Positions 41,456 to 51,362 of a DNA stretch of 64,000 nt are shown here, piece by piece (within the stretch, counting starts at the first letter, position 1; each line of letters starts with the position of its first letter). The translations under genes and the position numbers were made by a program. The stretch covers positions 48,161 through 112,160 of the forward strand of contig JAYEJL010000165.1 in NCBI GenBank assembly GCA_034660555.1, given 5' to 3'. Under the pieces are notes generated by a model. It ran no database searches, was not told where the DNA came from, and was given only the letters and a program-made list of their open reading frames with translations. This DNA is from Thermotogota bacterium (GTDB taxonomy: Bacteria; Thermotogota; Thermotogae; Petrotogales; Kosmotogaceae).

Positions 41456-42295
41456 TTATTCTTTTATCCCTGAACGCACAAGACTTTTAACAAATAAGTC
41501 TTGAAGCGTGAAAAATACAATTAATGTTGGAATTACAGCTATCATAGTCCCTGCCATAATAATTCCCCAGTTATTTGCTGATTCTGCATCTATCATCATC
41601 TTTACTCCAACCTGTACTGTTTTCATTTTATCTTCCATAGTTATTATAAGAGGCCATAGATACATATTCCATGCATACACAAAATTTATTATCGTGGCTC
41701 CTCCAATAACTGCCTTTGAGAGTGGCAAAAGAATCTTTATGAAATATCTAACAGGACCTGCACCATCAATAAGAGCAGAATCTTCCAGAGATTTTGGTAT
41801 AGTCAAAAAATGCTGTCTAAGCAAGAAAGTGTTTGTTGCACTTGCCATAAATGGTATGGTAAGTGCCCAATATGTATTAACCCAACCAAATTTGCTCATT
41901 AAACTGTATAAAGGAACAATCATAACTGTTTCAGCAGGCAAAAACAATGTAGCGAAAAGAAAACCAAAAGCAAGTCTGTTACCTACAAATTTGAAGTTCG
42001 CAAAGGCATATCCTGCTAACGTGCCTGTAAATATCTTTCCAGCTGTTATTAGTATTGCCACAATAGCACTATTTAATAAAAGTCTTCCAAAGGGTACTGT
42101 ATGAAACGCTTGAACATAATTTTGCCATCTAAAAGCAGTGGGGAAAAACTTTGGTGGAAAAGAAAAAACAGCTGAAGGAGGCTGAAGACTTATAGTTATA
42201 GCCAGTATTATTGGCATAATGAATATAAAAGATATTATCGCAAGAACTGTCATTATTATAATTGTATTCATTCTTTTACGAGTAGAAATTGTCAT
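41456..42295 (-). CDS. ugpE: Carbohydrate ABC permease, UgpE-like (ORF track lists it reversed relative to its overlap; protein MTISTRK... is on minus strand)
   Basis: FMASATNTFLLRQHF, DSALIDGAG, WNMYLWPL. Confidence 0.8.
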   Translation of the reverse strand: MTISTRKRMNTIIIMTVLAIISFIFIMPIILAITISLQPPSAVFSFPPKFFPTAFRWQNYVQAFHTVPFGRLLLNSAIVAILITAGKIFTGTLAGYAFANFKFVGNRLAFGFLFATLFLPAETVMIVPLYSLMSKFGWVNTYWALTIPFMASATNTFLLRQHFLTIPKSLEDSALIDGAGPVRYFIKILLPLSKAVIGGATIINFVYAWNMYLWPLIITMEDKMKTVQVGVKMMIDAESANNWGIIMAGTMIAVIPTLIVFFTLQDLFVKSLVRSGIKE

Positions 42296-42305
42296 TCAAA
42301 CCACC

Positions 42306-42674
42306 TCATTGATAATGAACTCTGCGTTCGCCAAATCTAAAATAAATTATAGTAACAATAAACATAACAACAAACATAATTACGCTTTGTGCTGAAGCCA
42401 GGCCCTTTTTGTGAAATGCAAAAGCATCAAGATATAATCTGTAGATCATGTTGGTTGTATAGCCTCCAGGCCCTCCACTAGTCATAACATCAACGATAGC
42501 AAAGGAACGGAACATTGTCGTAACGATATTCATGATCACCAAATAAAATGTTATAGGCGAAACGAGTGGAAAAACAATTTTCCATACCTTTGTCATCATA
42601 CCTGCTCCATCTATTGTGGCCGCTTCGAGCAGATTTTTAGATACATCCTGTATACTTGCTACATAAAAAATCAT
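42306..42674 (-). pseudogene. ugpA: 5'-truncated UgpA-like permease (C-terminal ~120 aa only)
   Basis: Begins just before the EAA loop (LLEAATIDGAG); ends ERRVHYQ as in UgpA; no N-terminal TMs or RBS, AT-rich junction upstream. Confidence 0.8.
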
Positions 42675-42721
42675 AGAATTAATATTTTAAATTATAATAG
42701 CTTATAAAAGTAACACACTAC

Positions 42722-43622
42722 TTAATTATCATCTTTCTCCAATCTTCTATAATTTTTCAATATTGATAAAGCCTTTAGAGTTAGTATTCCCTGCCACTCT
42801 TTATATGCAGGTTCCATTTCTTTTGTATAGTAACTCCTTCCCCAGGGCGGCTCTATTCTTCCCCTTTTCTCAAGCATCTCTATGATAAAATCCGGATTTT
42901 CATTTATTTTTTTGTCTGAAATTGAGAATCGTTGCTTTTCTGGTGATTCTACAAAATAAATAGGTTGTGGTACGTATTCGTGCCATCTTGATGAATCATA
43001 TACTATAACCTGCACAATCGCGTCAGTTATTTTCTATTTTAGCTGCTCATTCTTATCATTAAGAACTTCAAACAGTTTTAAATAACAGAAAATTTCATTC
43101 TAAGAATTAAACTCTTCTTTGTTCACTATATTATTTATCGCGATATCAACAAGTTTTTCCACATCAAGTTTGTCTACATACTGAATGCACTTAAACAAAT
43201 AAGCAATAATTTCTGCAGATGGGTTTCCCCAGTTTTTATCAATGACTGTTATTCCTGTTTTTTCATCAAAATGCCACCAAGGAGCATGTGGGTAATCGTT
43301 AACTTTTCTATTTAGTGAATACCAACCATTTCTTCTTTCATTAAAAGGGCCTTCAAAATATCTGATCGCAGAATTAATCATTTTTTAAGCTCTGGCAGTT
43401 TTATCAAATTCCTTTAAATGTCTAACTCCAAATCCTTAAATCCGGTTCAATTGCGTTCCCAAATCCTCCATCATCAATTTGAAATTTTTCGAGTACATCC
43501 AGTACGTTTTTCTCATCTTCGTTAAAAAAGCGATATTCTAAATAATTCTTTTCCAGTGGTCTTGCATTTCCTCTGATAAAGCTAACCGCTCTGTCAAAAG
43601 CATTCCTGTTTAAATATCTCAT
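42722..43622 (-). pseudogene. Decayed hypothetical gene (prenyltransferase/squalene cyclase-like repeat family)
   Basis: MRYLNRNAFDRA..ARPLE...FQIDDGGFGNAIEPD, PHAPWW, WGNPSAEI; frameshift/deletion near 43430, in-frame TAA (ARA*KMI) and two TAGs (FNS*NEI, QLK*KIT). Confidence 0.75.
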
Positions 43623-43745
43623 ATTGCCCCTCCTGAAATATTTTCTACTATAATAATATACCTCAAACAATGAACTCATTACATTTAAGTAATGTCAAAA
43701 TTTCGCAACAAGAATCATCAACTTAATGTTGAGAGGAGAATGAGT

Positions 43746-45884
43746 ATGAGAAAGAAATTAATATTGTTCCTCATGCTACTTAGTGCTCTATTTGTTTTTT
43801 CTGATGGAGTTTTGATACCACCTTCAGAGTTTATCCCACCAACACCAGATCATACACCACGTTTCATAATGAACTATCACAATGTAAAAATCGAGATCGA
43901 TAAAGGTATTGCGAAAATTACCATCGAGGAGGAATTTGAGAATCCTTATGATTACCCACTGGAAGCTATGTATCTATTTCCTGTTCCACCAGAAGCAGTT
44001 ATAAATGATTTTCTTATGAAATCAGGAGATGAGGTGTTAAAGGGTAATGTGCTTCCTGCAGATGAAGCAAAAAAAACGTATCAGGATATTGTAGCCAGAA
44101 TGAAAGACCCGGCTCTGCTTGAATACGCAAATAACAGGCTTATCAAGCTTAGTGTATTTCCTTTCGAACCGCATGAAAAACGCTCTTTTGTGATTGAATA
44201 CATTCAAAACCTGGAAATAATCAACGAAGCATATGTCCTTCAGTATCCGTTAAAGATCGAAAACCAGTTACTTGAACCAATAAGAAATATCAGAATCAGA
44301 ATTATCGATATGAATAATGAGATAGCAGACATATATTCACCTACTCATTTTCTAGAAAGAGCTGGAACCGATAATACTGAATGGTATTTTGAAGACAAAA
44401 ATTATTCACCAAATAACGATTTAAAACTTGTAATGACACCTTTGGAAGAGGAAATCTCTTCTTCATCCCTTTCTTACTGGGACATTCAAGAAGATAAGGG
44501 TTATTTCTTACTTAATCTAATTCCAAGAATATTTGAAAAAGATGTAATACCCAATGATATTGTATTCGTGATGGATACATCAGGTTCCATGTCAGGAGAA
44601 AAAATCGAACAGGCTAAGAAAGCATTGATAAGAATTCTGCATATGTTGAAGAGGGAAGACAGATTTTCTATTGTACTTTTTGACAGCGATATTAAAGAAA
44701 TAACGGGAGGACTTCAAACTATAGATAATGTACAAACGTACATCAAAATTATTGAAGATATACAAGCAGGGGGATTAACCAACATCAATGATGCTCTTTT
44801 AAAATCGGTTGTAATTCTTTCTAATGATTCCCAGAAAAGATTCAAATCCATCTTATTCCTTACTGATGGAGAACCAACCGAAGGAGAACTTGTACCAAAT
44901 AATATTATAGGAAATGTTAAAAATGCAATAGGAAATAAACCAATTCATCTGTTCGTATTCGGTGTTGGTTACGATGTTAATGCTTCTCTACTCGACAGAC
45001 TTGCAGGAGATTCTTCAAAAATACAGTATGTTGAACCAGGCGAATATATTGATGAAAAAGTCTCCGCTCTATTCACGAAAATCGAAACACCAGCCTTAAG
45101 TGATGTCCATATCGAAATAATTGGTCCGCAAATAGACAAGATTGTTCCAGGTAGCGTATTTACTTTATTTGCTGACACTGCTTTTAGAATAAGCGGGCTA
45201 TTTAAAGAACCGGGAAAATTAATAGTAACAATAACAGGTAAAAGAGGCGAAAAGGAACATACCTATGTTTATAGTTTTGATTTGACAATGAATTATGCAA
45301 ATAACTTTGTGTCTGTATTATGGGCTCAAAAAAGAATAGCACAACTCGCAGATAGATACAGATATGAAGATCTAAATGAAACTCAGTTAACAGAAATTGA
45401 AAATGAAATTATTTCTTTGTCCAAGAAATATAACATAATAAATGAATTCACTTCATACTTGATAGCACCTGATAGAGTCGCAGAAGAAATTGAATTTAGC
45501 AATATCATGGGAACTGGAATGACTTATGCTTCAAAACCATCTCCGGACAAGACTTCACAGGTAAAGAGCTCGAAGGCAGTATCTGAAATGGCACAGGATC
45601 AAATTCAAGAGGGTGAAGCTGATTTTGTGTTTATTGACAAAAAGCTCTTTACAAAAGACGAGTCAGGCGTCTGGTATCAGGAAGGTTATGAAGATTCAGA
45701 AAACGATGAAATTATTATAAAAGCATACAGTGACGTTTATTTTCACTTAATGAATATGGAAAATTGGATTATGGACTTATTCTTGCTGGGTGATGAAATC
45801 AGATTCATTTACAATGACTATAAAATTTCTATAACAAAAGAAGGAATAGAAGCAATTGTAGATTTACCCGAAGAATTAAAGTAG
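43746..45884 (+). CDS. Exported VIT + VWA domain protein (inter-alpha-trypsin inhibitor-like)
   Basis: Signal peptide, VIT domain (EA.YLFP.P, DPALLEY), MIDAS DTSGSM, LTDG, FGVGYDVN. Confidence 0.88.
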   Translation: MRKKLILFLMLLSALFVFSDGVLIPPSEFIPPTPDHTPRFIMNYHNVKIEIDKGIAKITIEEEFENPYDYPLEAMYLFPVPPEAVINDFLMKSGDEVLKGNVLPADEAKKTYQDIVARMKDPALLEYANNRLIKLSVFPFEPHEKRSFVIEYIQNLEIINEAYVLQYPLKIENQLLEPIRNIRIRIIDMNNEIADIYSPTHFLERAGTDNTEWYFEDKNYSPNNDLKLVMTPLEEEISSSSLSYWDIQEDKGYFLLNLIPRIFEKDVIPNDIVFVMDTSGSMSGEKIEQAKKALIRILHMLKREDRFSIVLFDSDIKEITGGLQTIDNVQTYIKIIEDIQAGGLTNINDALLKSVVILSNDSQKRFKSILFLTDGEPTEGELVPNNIIGNVKNAIGNKPIHLFVFGVGYDVNASLLDRLAGDSSKIQYVEPGEYIDEKVSALFTKIETPALSDVHIEIIGPQIDKIVPGSVFTLFADTAFRISGLFKEPGKLIVTITGKRGEKEHTYVYSFDLTMNYANNFVSVLWAQKRIAQLADRYRYEDLNETQLTEIENEIISLSKKYNIINEFTSYLIAPDRVAEEIEFSNIMGTGMTYASKPSPDKTSQVKSSKAVSEMAQDQIQEGEADFVFIDKKLFTKDESGVWYQEGYEDSENDEIIIKAYSDVYFHLMNMENWIMDLFLLGDEIRFIYNDYKISITKEGIEAIVDLPEELK

Positions 45885-46016
45885 TACACAATTTCGTAAT
45901 AACTGAGTTAACCTATCCATATATCATAGACTTTAGTAAACCAGATGATATCCTATAATGTAATCATTCAAAACTCTCATTCTGTTGAATGAAAAACATG
46001 CAAAAGGTGACAGACA

Positions 46017-46871
46017 TTGGTATTATTTATAAAGATCGTTCTTATTATTGATGTGATAATAGCTACTCTGGCAGGAATAGTATTCTTTGCCAATAAAGCA
46101 TTCAACGATCGTGTGGAGAAAGAGATTAATGAATTATTTGAAAATGTATCAATTGGAGGCAAAAAGGTAATTACACAAGCAGATCTTGAAGAACTTCCCG
46201 CTTCAGTAAAAGACTGAATGCATTTTGCAGGAGTCATTGGCAAAGAAAGAATAGATACAGTAAGATTAAAGCAAAATGCTGAAATGAAACTTAAAAAAGA
46301 TAAAAAATGGATGCCGGCAGAAGCTGAACAATATTTCACTACTCACCCTCCTGCATTTATATGGAAAGCGAGGATCAAAGCAGCTCCATTTTTTCATATC
46401 GTTGGAAGGGATAAATACACTAATGGCGAAGGCAACATGCAAATAAAAATTCTTTCTCTATTTACGATAGCTGATTCCAGTGGAAAAGAAATGAATCAGG
46501 GTACACTGTTACGATATCTCGCAGAAACAGTTTGGTTTCCAACTGCAGCCTTGAGTAACTTCATTAAATGGGAAGAAATTGATGATAACAAAGCAAAAGC
46601 TACAATGAACTTTGGGAATACAACTGCTTCAGGAATTTTTTCGTTTAGTGGTAAAGGATGTGTTGAGAACTTTACAGCTCAACGATACAAAGAAACCGAC
46701 GGTAAGTATTCACTTGAAACATGGTCAGTAAATATGTTTAAATATAAAAAACTGGACGGATTTATGATACCAACGAAGGGTGAAGTCACCTAGAAGCTCA
46801 ATGATGGTGATTTCACCTGGTATAGATTTGAGATAACAGATATGGTATATGACGAAATTGCCACAAATTAA
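46017..46871 (+). pseudogene. DUF6544-like membrane-anchored protein with two nonsense codons
   Basis: Single frame with TGA at 46215 (LPASVKD*MHFAG) and TAG at 46791 (GEVT*KLNDGDFTWYRFEI), true stop TAA 46869-46871. Confidence 0.8.
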
Positions 46872-46885
46872 TGTTCTCATTAAAT

Positions 46886-46913
46886 AAAAGCCAGCTGAAA
46901 AGCTGGCTTTTTT
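46886..46913. terminator. Bidirectional terminator
   Basis: AAAAGCCAGCT/AGCTGGCTTTTT. Confidence 0.8.
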
Positions 46914-46948
46914 ACAATATCACAATTTCTTATTGGTTCATTTAACTG

Positions 46949-47821
46949 TCATTCATAGCGAAAATATTTTATCCAGGGAACAATGTATTTGCCCGTTTCT
47001 ATGAAACCAAATTTTTTGTAGAAAGGTACATTTGATTGCATATAAGTACATCTGGCTCCATATCTTCTCATTCTATTCAGTCCTTCCTTCAACAGCTCGG
47101 AAGCAAGACCCATTCCTTGATGCTCAACATGAGTTCCAACAGGTTCAAAAACAGCGTATTCATTTTTTTGATCAACCCATATGGTACAGAAAGAAACGTA
47201 ATCACCATTGGGAGCCTTAATAAATAAATCAAGATCCTTGCGATAGTCTGGTGCTTTTTGCATCTCCCTCAACACCGAGGGAGGTAACCATTTTGAGAGA
47301 GGATATTGTCCTCCAAAGGAAAGCATTTTGGCTTTTCCTCTCTTATAAGGGTTATCCTCTTCTTCTACACTCATTAATGTATAACCTTCTGGTAATTTCA
47401 TTTTCCTGGTTTCGTTGATCTTTATACCGCCGACTCTGTCTGCAAGGTTTTCTTCAATGTAGTCGATTATTTCACCATACAGATGAAAATAGTCAGGATG
47501 AATCTGTATCCATGCTTCACCAGGCTCTTCATTCTCGGAATGAGCTGCAGCAACAATTCTACCATCTTCATTTTCCCATATACCTATGGTCTTTTCCCAG
47601 AAATACAATTCATCACGAAAATAATGCTTCGGTCTCGTTGGGACGCCAAAATACTGAACATTGTAATGGTTGTGTGTAGGAATTACCTGAAATCTGCAAA
47701 AATTCCATCTGTCAATTAACCAGTTAAATGGTCCATTGTAAAGCGAATAACTGTCGACTAACAAATCTCTTATCTTCATGTAGTCCTTCTCGGGAACATA
47801 CGATCTCTGCCTTACGGTCAT
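46949..47821 (-). CDS. Two-domain GNAT acetyltransferase, possibly with an internal deletion
   Basis: FEPVGTHVEHQGMGLA, FYKKFGF, APDYRKDLD. Confidence 0.75.
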   Translation of the reverse strand: MTVRQRSYVPEKDYMKIRDLLVDSYSLYNGPFNWLIDRWNFCRFQVIPTHNHYNVQYFGVPTRPKHYFRDELYFWEKTIGIWENEDGRIVAAAHSENEEPGEAWIQIHPDYFHLYGEIIDYIEENLADRVGGIKINETRKMKLPEGYTLMSVEEEDNPYKRGKAKMLSFGGQYPLSKWLPPSVLREMQKAPDYRKDLDLFIKAPNGDYVSFCTIWVDQKNEYAVFEPVGTHVEHQGMGLASELLKEGLNRMRRYGARCTYMQSNVPFYKKFGFIETGKYIVPWIKYFRYE

Positions 47822-47885
47822 AAGCTTCTCCCAAACCCAATAAACTTAAAAAAGTGTATTATAACCAAAGTTTGCTTTTTCACAT

Positions 47886-49217
47886 CTATTCTCCAGTAAA
47901 TGAAACATTATCAACCAAAATATAAGGCAGTTCACCTATAAACGTCTGTTCTGTTTCATCAGATACTGCCACAACATTGCTGAACATCTCAAAAATCTTC
48001 GTTCCCATCATGACACCCGTTAGTGGATGAGCTCTCTGACCATTTTCTATGAACCATCCCCCCTTTACTGTTCCGGAAACAATGCCATTGATTGGATTAG
48101 CATTCCCGCTGAAGCGATTTATGAAAACTCCTTGATTTATACTTTTTGTTATTTCTTTAAGTGATTTTTCCCCGGGAATCTCAATATTATGCAATTCTAT
48201 GGCTGGAAGTTCAGAGAAATCACCGGATGCATGCCCGGTTGATTTACAACCAAGATGTTTTGCGCTGTAATTATTATGAATAAAGTTTCTTAATATTCCA
48301 TTTTCAATTAAAGTAATCTTTCCAGTTGGGGTTCCTTCTCTATCAAACACAGTGGAATATGGTGAATTATCTACCAGTGGATTATCCATAATCGTGAGCC
48401 TTTCATTTCCAACAGCTTCATTTAATTTATTATGAAAGGGACTTCTCTTTCTTAATACATGCTCCCCATTCAGCAAAATACTCAGCGATTGACCAAACAG
48501 AGCTGCTACCACCTGTGGACTTAGGAGGGCCATTCCATTAAATGATTTGCATGGATGAGCACCCAGTGCATTTATTACAGAAGAGGCAAATTGTGTGGCT
48601 GTAGAATTGAGTTTTTCTTCAATATTCTTCAAATTTGTACTAACACCAAATCTATAATCGAAGGATGAAATATCTTCGCCATCAATGGCCATCCCAAATA
48701 ATAAATATGTCAACATTGTTTTTTTCTTCTTTGCGCTGAGCCCCAGCGTATTACCTATTTCATCTTCGATTACTGTAAGTTCTACATTTGCCGAATCAAG
48801 AGAAATCCTTTTATCATACTCCTTGGCTGTCCTGAAAAATGACCTGGCCAGTTTCATGAGTTCAGGCAAACGATATGATGCCATATCTTCAGAGTAAAGC
48901 CCTTTTAATTCAGTATAAGAAGAAGCGGGAGTCAAGACATTTCCGATATCCTTAGTTCCCATATCTGAGATTAAGGTTGCTTCATTTGTAATTTTTTCAA
49001 TTGACTCGTCATTGAGCACATTTGTTGAAGAAAATCCCAGCTTGCCATCTTTAATCACTCTGACTCCAATGCCTTCCACTTCGTCTTCGTGCAATGTCTT
49101 CAACTCATTTTTCTCAAAGAAAATTCTGACACGTTTTTTTGAGCGAGAAAATACTTCAATATCGTAATTTCCCTTTTTTCTTATCCTGTCAAAAATGGTC
49201 TTTATGATTTCATTCAT
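47886..49217 (-). CDS. pmbA: TldE/PmbA family protein
   Basis: GIGVRVI..GKLGFSS, FDREG, STGHA; no HEXXXH; coupled to tldD. Confidence 0.85.
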   Translation of the reverse strand: MNEIIKTIFDRIRKKGNYDIEVFSRSKKRVRIFFEKNELKTLHEDEVEGIGVRVIKDGKLGFSSTNVLNDESIEKITNEATLISDMGTKDIGNVLTPASSYTELKGLYSEDMASYRLPELMKLARSFFRTAKEYDKRISLDSANVELTVIEDEIGNTLGLSAKKKKTMLTYLLFGMAIDGEDISSFDYRFGVSTNLKNIEEKLNSTATQFASSVINALGAHPCKSFNGMALLSPQVVAALFGQSLSILLNGEHVLRKRSPFHNKLNEAVGNERLTIMDNPLVDNSPYSTVFDREGTPTGKITLIENGILRNFIHNNYSAKHLGCKSTGHASGDFSELPAIELHNIEIPGEKSLKEITKSINQGVFINRFSGNANPINGIVSGTVKGGWFIENGQRAHPLTGVMMGTKIFEMFSNVVAVSDETEQTFIGELPYILVDNVSFTGE

Positions 49218-50605
49218 TATTTTCTACCTCCGATCCTAACCTTGCAGCGCAGGTGCGGTCCCCCTGCATCTACCTTTGCAGGTTGATGTTTGCCACAATA
49301 ACCGGCTCCCAGAGTAAAAAGGAAGTCATTAGCTACGGCATCAACTGATTTAAGAACATCAAAGGCTTGCCCTGAAATCGTTACCTCTCGCAACGGTTCA
49401 GTAATCTTACCATTTTCGATTTTGTTGGCTTCTAAAACACCAAACATAAATTCAGCATTGGCATCAGCCTGACCTCCACCTCCAAGTCCTTTTAAATATA
49501 AACCGTTTTTTGTTGAGCTAATAAGGTCATCTACAGAGGATTCGCCAGGCGCTATGTAAGTATTTCTCATTCGAATTATAGGTTCGTCGGAATAATTGAA
49601 TGCTCTTGCGTTTCCTGTAGGTTCAACATCAAAAATTGCTGCAGATTCAGCATCGTGTAAATAAGATTTCATAACTCCATCTTTTATTACTTCCACTTTC
49701 TTTGGCTTATTACCTTCATCATCAACCAACACCATACCTGTTGCGCCATCCCAAAAATTAGGTGTGGGATCATCTACAAGCGTTACCAGTTCACTGGCTA
49801 CCTTTTTACCCAATTGTCCCTTTGCTGCAGAACCACTAAGTACAAAATCTGCCTCTACCGTGTGTCCAATGGCTTCGTGTGCTAAAACACCAACTAACGA
49901 TGGATGCAACACAACGGTGTAAATTCCACCTTCAGGTGATTCTTTTCCCAATTTTGTTAATGCTATTTTTGCAGCTTCCTCAGCTGTTCTTTCATATGAT
50001 CTATCTTTAAAGAGCTCCTTCCATCCTCCAGTAGCTCCAAAACTCGCATATCCCAGTTCCATATCGTTACCGTCAGATGCAAAAGCTGCAACCCTGAAGT
50101 CAGCCTTCCTGTCAGAATAGGTTATTTCAGTTCCATAATTGGATACCATCATTTTTTCATCAATAATTTCAGTATACGTTGATGATGAAGAAACGATTTT
50201 TTCACTCACAGATTTCGTTTTTTCAGCAGCTTTCCTGACCAAAGATATTTTTTCATCCACTGAATGATTTTCCAGCGGATCTGTTTCAGGGACAACTAAT
50301 GTCCCTTTGTTAGGAAAAAAACGTGGTTTGCTGTACTTGCCAGGTTTATCCTTTTTTCCTTCTCTGGCAGATTTTATAGCGCTGTTAATGGCTTTCTTAA
50401 TATCGTCTTCCCTTATGTTGCTGGTACTTGCAAAACCCCAAACACCTTCATACCATACTCTCACACTTATCCCGGAGTATTCTTTAGTCGACGCTTCCTT
50501 TAGTACATCGTTATCAATGTAATACACCCTGGATGTTCTTCCCTGATACTTCAGAAGCACTGGAAAAGAAGTTTCAGGAAGCAGACTTTTCAAAAACTCA
50601 ATCAT
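49217..50605 (-). CDS. tldD: TldD family metalloprotease
   Basis: HEAIGH zinc motif, DDEG, TGNAR, IRMRNT, GYCGK. Confidence 0.9.
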   Translation of the reverse strand: MIEFLKSLLPETSFPVLLKYQGRTSRVYYIDNDVLKEASTKEYSGISVRVWYEGVWGFASTSNIREDDIKKAINSAIKSAREGKKDKPGKYSKPRFFPNKGTLVVPETDPLENHSVDEKISLVRKAAEKTKSVSEKIVSSSSTYTEIIDEKMMVSNYGTEITYSDRKADFRVAAFASDGNDMELGYASFGATGGWKELFKDRSYERTAEEAAKIALTKLGKESPEGGIYTVVLHPSLVGVLAHEAIGHTVEADFVLSGSAAKGQLGKKVASELVTLVDDPTPNFWDGATGMVLVDDEGNKPKKVEVIKDGVMKSYLHDAESAAIFDVEPTGNARAFNYSDEPIIRMRNTYIAPGESSVDDLISSTKNGLYLKGLGGGGQADANAEFMFGVLEANKIENGKITEPLREVTISGQAFDVLKSVDAVANDFLFTLGAGYCGKHQPAKVDAGGPHLRCKVRIGGRK

Positions 50606-50756
50606 TACAACACCTCCATAATCACGTTAACAAAACTATAAATCATTCCACATTTATGTATAATTATACATGTTAATCAATGTCAATTTTTAAACAAAAG
50701 TTGGTGTTTTTTGCTCTAATCAGCCAACAAAAATATTTAAGAAAGGTTGATACCAA

Positions 50757-51362
50757 ATGGTTGATGTATTTGTTTCACCGTTTCTGGAAGCCAACAGTTA
50801 CATTCTTTCCATAGAAAAAGTGTTATTTGTAATAGATGCAGTTAGAGGAATTACACAGTTCATTAAAGAAAATTACCCGAAAAAAGAAATCGTATTACTA
50901 CTAACCCACGCTCATGTGGACCACATATATGATATACCACAACTCAAACCTTCAAGAATATATATACATGAATCTGATAAAGAGATTCTGAAAGATCCAT
51001 CACTGAACCTTGGAAGATTGTATGGATTTGATGAACTTGATTTAGCCAGCTTACCACTGGTGAAATCAGAGGCATTTTCAGATGAATGGACATTTTTTCA
51101 TACCCCCGGTCATTCTCCAGGATCAAGTTGTTTTCTATTTAACAACAAATACCTTTTCACCGGCGATACAATTTTTCCCATTTCTATTGGAAGAACGGAT
51201 TTTTTAGGTGGCGATAGGGTAGAAATGGAAAAGTCATTGTTTTTTCTTAAAAGAATGCTGGTTAAAAACCAGGACCTTCAGATATTTCCCGGGCACGGGC
51301 AAGAAACTTCCGCAAAGGAAGTTCTTGAAATCAACCCATTTTTAAAAAATATCAGAATTTAA
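50757..51362 (+). CDS. MBL-fold metallo-hydrolase (glyoxalase II-like)
   Basis: THAHVDH, HTPGHSPG, TGDT, PGHG. Confidence 0.88.
   Translation: MVDVFVSPFLEANSYILSIEKVLFVIDAVRGITQFIKENYPKKEIVLLLTHAHVDHIYDIPQLKPSRIYIHESDKEILKDPSLNLGRLYGFDELDLASLPLVKSEAFSDEWTFFHTPGHSPGSSCFLFNNKYLFTGDTIFPISIGRTDFLGGDRVEMEKSLFFLKRMLVKNQDLQIFPGHGQETSAKEVLEINPFLKNIRI

Noticed and set aside
41508..42104. Long antisense ORFs (also 21708-22193, 25844-26326, 30472-30858, 55316-55906 and others)
   Set aside because: Shadows of well-supported genes on the opposite strand, without RBS or motifs
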